Assembly (NCBI RefSeq): GCF_006345805.1 | Contig: NC_043019.1 | Span: 24,303,360-24,367,359, forward strand | From: Octopus sinensis | Lineage: Eukaryota | Reading direction: 5' to 3' | DNA: 64,000 nucleotides | Shown: piece by piece, positions 53,837-64,000 of the stretch | Layout of the letters: each line of letters begins with the position of its first letter | Position numbering within the stretch: position 1 is the stretch's first letter | Notes under the pieces: model-generated | What the model saw: the letters and a program-made list of their open reading frames with translations, nothing else | What the model was told of the DNA's origin: nothing | Database searches by the model: none | Made by a program: the position numbers and the translations under genes

Positions 53837-54395
53837 GCCCTGATGCAGTACCAGGTAGTAGCTCTCGTGGCTTCTGATCCTAACTGATTGGAAGTGATAT
53901 CATGTACATTGTTTTGTCTTGGTATAAAAGATGGGCTACAGCAAATATTCTGCTAAGTACCACAGATTTTTCTTGTCAGTTGTTTGACCTTAACCAGTTG
54001 ACCATGTTCCTTAGTGGCTGATGATATGTGCATCTCTGATCACGGGCAGAAGTAGTGGGGGAGCATCATAGCCATTTGTTGAAAGAAATTCTTAGAGGTT
54101 TGGATAATTTACCTTTGGAAACATGGGTGGTTCGTTCAACATCCTTAAACAATCTTTATTCAGGGACCTTTTGAGCGGGATAGACTACTCGACTTGAAGA
54201 AAATTCTAACTGGACCCCACCTGCAAGGTCATGCGCTGTTTAACTTGATATAAGATCACCATGTCGCGCACATATGGTTGTAATGCATGTGCCTAGTGTA
54301 CCCTTATCAGACGGGTAGTCATGATGGGTATACTGGGCTTCGTATTGACATTTTACCCCAATGTCACTTTGATCGCATGCACTGCTCTCTCACAC
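53154..54395 (+). repeat. Tandem duplication (period 679 bp) of a 563-bp non-coding element flanked by (TAA)n
   Basis: Copies at 53154-53716 and 53833-54395 appear identical by eye. (TAA)n lies before, between and after them. Related fragments occur at 9690-9760 and 49985-50302. Confidence 0.92.
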
Positions 54396-54491
<96 letters not shown>

Positions 54492-54822
54492 TGGTAACTG
54501 GTACTTAATTTATCGACCCCAAAAGAATGAAAGGCATGGATCAATAACACTCTTAAGTTTTCTATGTGTTTGTAGCCGTATTTCAAGTTAATTGCTACCT
54601 ATTTGTACCTGTACTTGTTTCGTTGTTTTTTGTTTGCATGTATTTCACTTAATGGACACAAACAAGCACACAAACACACGCATCAAAACGGAATCAAGAA
54701 ATGTATGTACATACGTGTGTATACTTTATGTGTGTGTGCGTGGTTCAGGCATTAGGGTGTGGCACATACAAACGCAAAGTCGTTCAGGAAGAAAGTGCGG
54801 AACCCTCATCTACTGTTTACGA

Positions 54823-54824
<2 letters not shown>

Positions 54825-54890
<66 letters not shown>

Positions 54891-54907
54891 ATCTATCTAT
54901 CTATCTA

Positions 54908-54943
<36 letters not shown>

Positions 54944-54950
54944 TTATCTA
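54825..54950. repeat. (TATC)n microsatellite
   Basis: Read directly from the sequence. Confidence 0.97.
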
Positions 54951-54992
54951 TCTGTCTGTCTCTCTCCTATATGTATATGTATGTATATATAT

Positions 54993-55043
<51 letters not shown>

Positions 55044-55059
55044 ATATATATATATAGGG

Positions 55060-55215
55060 AGAGTTTACGAAAAAACAACAATAGACGAAGACAGGCGGTG
55101 TACAAAACAAACAGATGTATTTGTATAACGCTCAGGAATAGAAAAAGCCTTTTACGTTTCGAGCCTACGCTCTTCTACAGAAAGGGACACAGAAAACAAG
55201 GAGAGACAAAAATGT
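55060..55215 (-). mobile_element. Short Penelope-type repeat with a minimal hammerhead motif at 55148-55185
   Basis: Minus strand: ccttt-CUGUAGAA-gagc-guag-gcuc-GAAAC-GUA|aaagg. Stems I and II pair perfectly; the core has A6 changed to U. Confidence 0.7.
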
Positions 55216-55233
55216 ATGTAGTGGCTAACTATA

Positions 55234-55302
<69 letters not shown>

Positions 55303-55438
55303 TTAATATACGCACATGTATATACATTTACATTTTTTCAGTAATACACTGGGCGTGATATATCCAATTAAACTGCGATTACATTTTAATAGGTCTATAG
55401 TGCTTTATATATAGATGTATATATACAGATTGATAAAG

Positions 55439-55478
<40 letters not shown>

Positions 55479-55626
55479 TGAATATATATGTGTATATATC
55501 TATATATATATATACATGTATACATACATATATATTATATATATTCACATATATATAATTGTATATATATATATTGTGTGCATATACATAAATGTGTGTG
55601 TGTATATATATGTATGTGTATATATA

Positions 55627-55661
<35 letters not shown>

Positions 55662-57414
55662 CTTGCATATGCATACCTGTGTGTGTGTGTGTGTGTGGTG
55701 TGTGTGTGTGTGTGTGTGTGCGTGTGCGCTTTTGTGTTTGCATGTATGCATATTGCCTTATCTTCCCAAATCACACTTTGAGCGTATTTCAAATTAATGA
55801 TAAAATCTATATGACTTTTTATAGATCTGAAGTTTACAAATTTTTCTTCTTGTGTTTGTTCAATATTTGATAGCTTTTCTTGCCATACATAAAATATCAT
55901 TGTGCAGTCATCATGGTATTTGATTTCTTTAGAATCACAATGAATTTAATTTTGTTATTTCTAATCTAATATACCACACGCACACATACACACACACAAA
56001 CACACATATATAATATAATATACATATACACATACCATACATACATAAATACACACACAAACGCACATACATACCCATTAACGTTTGTTATCAGCATTGT
56101 GATTTTCAGATTTGCAACTTTGTTATCTATATATTGTTGTATTTAAAATATTTCTATAACTTGATTCTCTTTGTTTTTCTTTCTCATTAAAGATCTACTG
56201 TAAAAATAATTACATAATATTGTTCATATATAAGTCAATTATTGCTTATGATGAATGCGAACCAATTATATATTCAGATGATTTCTTTAAAAACAAATGC
56301 ATGTTTCAGAGCAGGTAAATTTGAATAAATGCCTCATATACATATAATATAATCTTTTATAAATAAACATGTTGAAAATAAAATGGTTTTAATAAATCAA
56401 CGAACCTTTTTCTTCTTTTTTTTTTTTTGAATAAGATTTGAATTATTATTGATATTATTATTGAATTATTTTTCATAAGTTATAGAAAAATCAATTGTAG
56501 AAATATTTTATACTTTACCGTACGAAAAAAGAAAAAGACTCAAATGTCGTTCCCTAGCCATAGGCTCATAAAACCGTTTTCCCGGATTCTGTAGCATATT
56601 TTAAAGTAACTTTAATGCGCGAAAATGAAAAATCTTGGCTTGTTGAGAGTGACTCAGTTTAGACATTTGCATGACACAAATATATACTTTAATACACTGT
56701 AAATGCGCTTATCGAAAGTAAGAATGCCACAGTATCGTTTTACCTCATTCCCTTCTAATAGAGGATTTTTGTGCTTTGTCAAAATGAAACTCGTATAGCA
56801 TAAATAAATCAGTTTAGTTAAATCTCGTTTTCCACAAATATAAAAGAAATTTGTTCTCTTCATATCTGATTGAAAGTAGCGTTATAATAAAACAGAAATG
56901 TGTATGCTAGAATAAAAAGTAGCTTACTTATGATCACTTCAATAAAGTCGTATTACTAACTGGAATATCGATGTCATCAACGATACAATGCAAGGCATTG
57001 GACTGAGTAATTAGATAGCTGCAATCTTCTGGTAGTGTTTTAGCATTGTAAGCAGCGAGAGTATTACCACATAAATAATTTATTCAAGTTTAAATGTCAT
57101 TGTTGTGCTCATAATCCCCTTAGATCTCGCAACAGAAAGGAGAATCTACTACTTTGTGTTACTCACTAAAGGCTTTTGCGTCAACAAACATCTTCAACAA
57201 CTTGAAAATTCATTAAAAGAAATAATATACAACGTGAGGCTCATAATTCAAAGAGTTCGAAAGCATTAAACTTTTAAGTTTTCTTTGAAAACCATTTAAA
57301 AGTAATCGTATATAATTCCACAAGAAACTAACCTAAAGAAATATCAGGGGAGGTTCTAAACGAGTTTATTTCATTGATATATTTGAAGAAGAGAAAGAAA
57401 CTAATTCTTTAGGC

Positions 57415-57600
57415 GCTTCTAAGCTGGCAGAATCGTGAGCACATTGGACAAAATGTTTAGCGACGTTTCATCCATCTTTACGTTCTCAGTTCAAATTCCG
57501 CCGAAGTGGACTTTGCCTGTCATCCTTTAAGTGAAGGCAAAATGAATACCAGCCAAATACTGGGGACGATGTAATTAACTAGCCCCTCCTACAAAATTTC
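57415..57600 (+). mobile_element. SINE (5090 family) in + orientation
   Basis: agctggcagaatcgtgagcac...cagttcaaattccgccgaagtggactttgcc. Confidence 0.8.
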
Positions 57601-58394
57601 TTTTTGCATTGGTCACAAACGAAATGTTATACTTTTTTTTTATTTTTAAAGTTCCAAACATGCATTTCTAATAAAGTCTTGTGAGTTATAGTGATTGAGC
57701 TTCCCCTATGGCATTGGTGATGTAAATAAAAAAATAGATAATACTGATAATTAAAAAGAAAACAGATCGCACACTTAGGTAAGTTTTATTTCTTCTCGAC
57801 TGTACTACTCTGTAAAATCTGCTCTTTCAAGAATGTATCATGAAAAGTAGAAGGAAAGTAAACTGGGTATTTTCGGAGGACAACTGAATTTAAGAAACTT
57901 TAAAAATCTGCACCAGACTCTTAATTCATATCCTGCCATAGTCAGTTCTACCACTCGTCATTGTGCAGTGGGTAACAAAAGTAATAATCAATAGGATAAT
58001 AGGGTAGCAAAATGTTTCGTTGCTTCAACACTCCTCACACCCCCACTGAACTACATACTTCCTCCCTCTACTACCCCTTGCCTTTCACTTCACCCATTTT
58101 ACCTTTAAATTTCTCTGCATCATGTTTTGAAACGTCAGATTTTTATTTCTCCACCCTGAAGACAGAGACTGGATCTACCCAATTTTTATTTGATTCCATT
58201 ACTGGTTGCATATGCTAGTGAACTACATCTGCCAACATTATGAAGTAACTCAGAAACAGTTATAGTTCCGATAACTGTTATGTTAATATATAACATGATT
58301 GACCATGGGATTTCACCTAGAAAGTTACCCTCCAAGGCACAAGTCCGAGCAAGGTTGTTGGTGGAAGACCAGCAGTCGCTCATGCATACCAGGA

Positions 58395-58590
58395 TCCCCT
58401 CTTCACACCACCGATGTTATCAAAAGGAAAAGCAAAGGCCAATACAGCATGGCACCAGTGACATCGCAACTAATTTCTACAACTGAGTGAGCTGGAACAA
58501 CGGGAAATAAAGTATCTTGCTCAAAAAAACAACGCACAGCCCGGTCCTGGAATCGAACTCACTACCTCATAATTGTAAGCCCGACGTTCT
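58395..58590 (-). mobile_element. tRNA-derived SINE (related to the third family)
   Basis: Reverse complement of the B-box (cctggaatcgaactc) and body (cttgctcaaaaaaacaacgc). Confidence 0.65.
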
Positions 58591-58623
58591 AATATATAAA
58601 TATCTCTGTATTTATACTTGAAT

Positions 58624-58737
58624 ATTCATGGTCTGAATATGAAAATTATAAAAGTTTGACCTAAGCAACAATGATGAATCATTCATGGTCTGAATATGAA
58701 AATTATAAAAGTTTGACCTAAGCAACAATGATGAATC
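58624..58737. repeat. Perfect 57-bp tandem duplication
   Basis: attcatggtctgaatatgaaaattataaaagtttgacctaagcaacaatgatgaatc occurs twice. Confidence 0.95.
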
Positions 58738-58984
58738 TGAATGCAATGATAATCGATGTGGTGCATGTCAGCTCATACATACCAGTCAATAGATGATAAA
58801 AAAAGCCCGGAAGAATATTTGCAAACGCAAATATGAACTGCAAATGCAGAACTTCTGCTGCATGTAAAGCTATTGGTTTGACCAAGTAATCCACCAACCT
58901 TGCCCTACTAAATAAATTCGTGGTGTCAAGCAGAGGCCACCGGTTCACAATTTTCCTGGCACTCCTACACAGGTTGATGCCTAA

Positions 58985-59610
58985 ATTATGTGAAGTCATT
59001 TATATATCTTGGTAGTAAAGTGAATTTGAGCGCTTCCCTTGATGATGAAATCGTCAACTGTCTTATAAAGGCAACCAACGCATTCGGCAAATTCCGTTAT
59101 CGCCTATGGAAAGAAAGGTGCATCAAATTTGTCACCAAAATACAGGTCTACAAAGCAGCCATTCTTACTACATTCTTGTATGGCTCAGAATCTTGGATAC
59201 CCTATAGACGATGCATTAACCAACTAGACATCTTCCACAAAGACTGTCTGAAGACAATCTGCGGTTATTCACTAAAAGACAGTTTCTAATGCCGACTTAT
59301 TTAGCAAGTGTAAGATTGGTGGAATTGAGAGCTTTCTTAAACAATCGCAATTGCGCTGGGCTGGTCATGTCGTCAGAATGGCTCAGATATAATGACACGC
59401 TGAAGACTAACCTCTTAGAGATGAAGATAGCTCACAACACCATTGAGCGAACAGACTTGAAACGAACAAAATAGAGACCTTTGTGTCAAAACGGTATTAA
59501 AAACTTTATTGCAACTAGCATTAACAGGCGTCGGGGTGCAGTAACATTCGACATAAGCATTACGACTGACAGAGTACATCATCGGGACTTCATACGTCGA
59601 AACCGACGGG
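58985..59610 (+). mobile_element. RTE-like LINE 3' fragment
   Basis: FIYLGS...AFGKFRYRLWK...TKIQVYKAAILTTFLYGSESW and a later LRWAG-like motif. Confidence 0.8.
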
Positions 59611-59864
59611 AGAGTCCATCGCACACACACACACACACACATACATACACATAGACATACACAAGCGCACACGCACACTCACATGCATACATACATACAT
59701 ATATACATACATATATACATACATACATACATACATACATACATACATACATACATGCATACATACATACGTACGTACATACATACATACACACACACAC
59801 ACATACACACACACACACACACACATATATATAAATTTCAAATTTAATTTTTTTTTTTTTTCCA

Positions 59865-60705
59865 GTTTCAGCTACTGAGCTGTGGCCATGCTGGGGCACC
59901 GCCATTTGGTTTGCTACATGATTTTACCTCACGAATGCTTTTTAGCAACTGCCATTTGGTGCATGAGAGAGTTCGATGCAGCTGCCCTCATCTGCACCTC
60001 CTGCCGTGAAGTTGGTTCATCCGGGACACCTGACAGGAAGAGATCCAGTCCTACTTTAAAGACATCCGCATCTACACCATGCAGGTCCCTCAGGTTCTTC
60101 GGGAGGATATTGAAGAGCTGTGGGCCTCTGAAGCCCAGGCTATCACAGTACCTTGTCCTACATCTTGATGGCAAATTTGGAGTCCTTGGTACTACGCAGT
60201 GGCGCCCGGTTCTGGCATTTGTGTGACTCTCGATGCCAAAGTTTGGGACAAGTCCTTCCAGGATCTTCGAGATATATATTATGGCATATCTTTCTCGCCT
60301 ACGCTCCAGGGAATAGAGCTTTAATCTCTTGAGTCTTTCCCAGTAGCTTATATGCTGCACAGAGGCTATCTTCTTCGTGTAGCTTCGTTGGATCGCCTCA
60401 AGTTCTGTGATCAACTTGACACTGGATGGTGACCATAGCTGAGAGCAATAGTCAATGTGGCTTAGGACAAGTGTCTTCCAGAGGACCATCATGGTTTCTT
60501 GTTCTAAAGGTTCTAAGAATCCATCCGGCCAGCCGTCTACATTTCATTGCCAGGTCTCGTCATCACTCATGTGAATACCCAGGTCACGCACTGATTGTGC
60601 CTCTGGGATTGCAATCCCTCCGGGTCCAGTGTATTCATTGGCTATTGCATTCAGTTTTGCATGCTGATAGCATAAAGCTTGAAACTTTTCAGCATTGAAC
60701 TGAAT
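59865..60705 (-). mobile_element. 5'-truncated CR1-like LINE with an open C-terminal ORF2 segment (59929-60492) and poly(A)-like tail
   Basis: LWKTLVLSHIDYCSQLWSP...YWERLKRLKLYSLERRRERY, upstream RDLGIHMSDD, and a 3' tail ggcggtgccccagcatggccacagctc...gctgaaactgg(A)n. Confidence 0.9.
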
Positions 60706-60833
60706 ATATAATTCCTGCTGGCGTCCTGTGATCCTGGGATCCTCAGTGAATTAATTAGCGGGCCAAACGAGATAATCACTTGTTGGTGACGAGTCTCTCC
60801 CTCCTCCATTTTGTAGAGAGGCCATAGACCAAC

Positions 60834-60908
60834 GGTTTTTAGGGTCTGAAGAGACGCTATGAAGCTTAATACTTTATAGACGTGAAACTCAGGGTAAACC
60901 CATAGACC
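60834..60908 (+). ncRNA. Hammerhead-like motif (type I), slightly degenerate
   Basis: ggtttttagggt-CUGAAGA-g-[acgcuaugaag/cuuuauagacgu stem II]-GAAAC-ucagg-GUA-a-acccauagacc. There is one extra A after the cleavage triplet. Confidence 0.6.
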
Positions 60909-60985
60909 GGCCTTATCTATCTTTATTTGTATACTCTACTGCCCTATAACTTAGAGTGTGCTTCTATTTCGGATATATGATTTAC

Positions 60986-61081
<96 letters not shown>

Positions 61082-61604
61082 TTGTGAGGTCGAGCAGAGA
61101 CTCTACTTGAACATATAAAAGCAGAGTGTCTCCTCAACCTTACAAACATGCTCTATTTGAAGTAAATAGTGCTCTCCCCAACAGGGTCGGGGAAAATCTT
61201 AGACTTGCTTCACAAATAACGCGGCGCTCGTCCTTAATGTTAATGTGGCATCAACGATTTATTCGGATTGTAACTTAATAGAACTAACAACGTATGGTCT
61301 GCAAAGAATTGCAGATATGCAGGCTACTAGAAGCACCCAACTCCATTCCAACCTGAACTTTCATAAAAGTGATTGAAAACCTATTCAGAAAGAGGTCATG
61401 CAACAAAGCTTGTCTACAAGTTTCTGTATTTAAGTTGTTAACATAAAGCTAGAGAACTTTATGGTAATCATATAAGGCATGTGCAGTAAGTTTGCTCCAG
61501 AGAGAATGTCAAACCGATATAAAAGCAATTCTCATGGATAGGAAGATTCTAACAAGACAAGAAATATCTCAAACTTATATATATATATATATATGTAAAA
61601 CGAT

Positions 61605-61835
61605 AAACGTCGCCCATTTCAAGCCTAGCCAGGCTCATGGGCCCGGTTTCCCCGTTTCCCCCCAGCTGGACGGGACGCCAGTCCATCGCAGCGTTACTCA
61701 AGAAACAGGTACAGGGAGTGAGAGAAAGTTGTGCTGAAAGGGTCGCCACCATCCCCTGCCGGATCCTTATGCATCTTTTAGGACTTTTCGTTCAATAAAC
61801 ACACATAACGCCCGGTCTCTATGGCGTATGTGTTC
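61605..61835 (-). mobile_element. Rearranged or nested third-family SINE fragments
   Basis: tagccaggctcatgggcccggtttcc, ccccagctggacgggacgccagtcc, and the reverse complement of the 37716-37875 body. Confidence 0.6.
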
Positions 61836-61839
61836 CCCA

Positions 61840-62217
61840 GCTCAAAATCGGGACCAAAGAATTAAAATGAAACCTACCTTAACACGACATTTTGTTACTC
61901 CAACAGGAGTATACCACGTGACTTTATCTGGCCAACAATTGCTACGGCGTTTCAAATGCAATCTAGAGAGAGAGGGGGGAGAGGGAAAGGGAGACAGAGA
62001 GGGGTAGATAGAGGGAGAAGGAAGGGAGAGAGAAAGTAAGTTTGTGAGTGGGTGTGAGGTTGTGTGACTGAGTGTATGTGTGCAATTTTGTTTGTGGGTG
62101 TGCGTGTGTGCGTGCATGTCTTACAGTTTATGAGTGCCTGCGTGAGTACGAGTGTGCATATGTTGTATGTAGGACTACGCATATGTACTCCTGTCTGCGT
62201 GCGTGTGTGTGTGTGTT

Positions 62218-62258
<41 letters not shown>

Positions 62259-63074
62259 TCGTGCGTGCGTCTATCTGTGAGTGCATGTGTGTTTTCTGTC
62301 TATGTATATTTGTCGGTGTGCGTGTGCACGCGCATGTTTTTCTGCTTATGAGTGCCTGCGTGCATACGTGTGTATATGTGTTGCATGTAGGACTACGCAT
62401 ATGCGCGTGTATTTGAGCTTGCACGTGGGGTTGTATATAAAAATTAAGTTAATATATAGAATATGTTACGAAAATACAACACTTTGTAAATAGTTTTATG
62501 ATGATAACTCGAAATTTGAACAGTTTTACTGTTGAAATGTGTAAGTCTACATCTAACCAATAAGTTTAGGTGCTTAAAGCTAACCAAGATTTTCAAATTA
62601 TTTGGGCAACTTACAGCACAACGCTCCTTCACTGAATCGGATGCCAGTCAGTGGGAGAGTCTCCTCCAGATGCTACTGATTCTAGTTTTCAGATAAGTGG
62701 AAAGGAACAATAAAATGCATTGTTCAATGAAACAAGGCAACAATCATTCAAACGAAGACCCTAATGAAAATAACCAAACATTAGCCACCTGTTCTCTTGC
62801 GTTCAGTTACTTTTAATTAGTAATTTTTTATGTGAAATATTTTGTGCATTTTTCTTTGCGTGTTCAGAACTGTAATGTAGTGTAACAGTAATTATGACAA
62901 ATATAACTTTTATATCTCTTCGAGATGTAACCTGGACCAGAATATCTTTAAAGAGCCAAATGCATTATCAGTCCATTGAATAGACAGTCAAAAACAGTCA
63001 AAATTCATATTTAAATCGCCAGAATACACTGATAATAATAACAGAAATCAACTATCCGAAGGCAAACGGGTTAA
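61840..63074. mobile_element. Unclassified repeat, possibly piggyBac-like (one end reads GGG-TTAA)
   Basis: Ends ...ggcaaacgggTTAA at 63061-63074. It shares its 5' block (ttaacacgacatt...gtataccacgtgactttatctg) with 63700-63830. Confidence 0.35.
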
Positions 63075-63204
63075 GACAATCTCTTAGTAAACATTTAAGC
63101 ATTTGAACTCACCTATTTGCTCCCTATTGAAACATATACGTGTGTGTGTGTGTGTGTGTGTGTGTGTACATATATATATATATATGTATATGTATGTATG
63201 TATG

Positions 63205-63315
<111 letters not shown>

Positions 63316-63639
63316 ATATCACCTGCAAATATATATTCTTAGTTGTGAATATACACACACGCACAGACACTGATAAACACATACACACGCACACATACGC
63401 ACATGCACCCACGTACCACATACACACAGAGATCATTCTTCATACATATTGGACATCAGTATATCAGACACAAAACAACTCTTTCTTTTATTTCTCCCGT
63501 ATTGAATTTTAAAAAACATAATGAAGCATTTGTGATTGAAGTTTTCCGAATACAAGCAGCAACTTCTGAAAAAGAAACAATTACTAACGTCTTGTATTCA
63601 AGACACAATGAAGCTATAACTATGCCTGCAAAGAATATA

Positions 63640-64000
63640 TAAACTTCTGGAACAAAACGTAGAGTAGTAGAATGGACACTTGACAGAAAATCAAGACAAA
63701 AAAATTTAAATCCACTTACCTTGACACGACATTTCTTCACTTCAACAGGACGGAATAACAATTCACTGAAGCAGACGACACCCTGACCTGCTGATGTATA
63801 CCACGTGACTTTATCTGAAACGCTGTAACAAGTTTTGCAGCGTTTCTAACGCAAAGTAAGGTTTACATGTGTGTGCATGTTTGGGTGTGTGAGTGTAATT
63901 TTTGTGAATTTGCGCGTATTCGTGTGTATGTGTGTGTATTTGTATCCAAGAGTGTTGGACGGCGCGTATCAGCTAGTGTAAGTTTGCGGTCAAGATATGA
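63640..64000. mobile_element. Second related copy of the 61840 repeat (truncated by the window end)
   Basis: Shared cttgacacgacattt, gtataccacgtgactttatctg and aaagtaag-TGTG tract. Confidence 0.45.

Overview
AT-rich, microsatellite-dense animal genomic DNA. The SINE, LINE and microsatellite content resembles an octopus or coleoid cephalopod genome (inferred, not checked). The only host gene recognised is Wnt1, represented by its last two coding exons on the + strand (24266-24416 and 32730-33064) separated by an 8.3-kb phase-1 intron; its upstream exons were not found in the window. The rest is mostly decayed mobile DNA: L1/Tx1-like, CR1-like, RTE-like and Penelope-like retroelements, an R4/Dong-like element embedded in (TAA)n, several tRNA-derived SINE families, Helitron-like elements and MITEs. 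Most notable observations: (1) a structurally complete type I hammerhead ribozyme at about 41931-42028 (-), paired in inverted orientation with a crippled copy, plus further hammerhead-like motifs; (2) two related fold-back MITEs carrying telomeric CCCTAA/TTAGGG repeats, one with a clean 8-bp target-site duplication and inserted into a SINE; (3) a possible (TAA)n-centred system of SINE tails, a Dong-like element and a 563-bp non-coding element; (4) a CR1 copy whose RT domain has been deleted in frame; (5) a CR1 LINE and a SINE family sharing the same 3' tail. All boundaries were read by eye; repeat boundaries are approximate.
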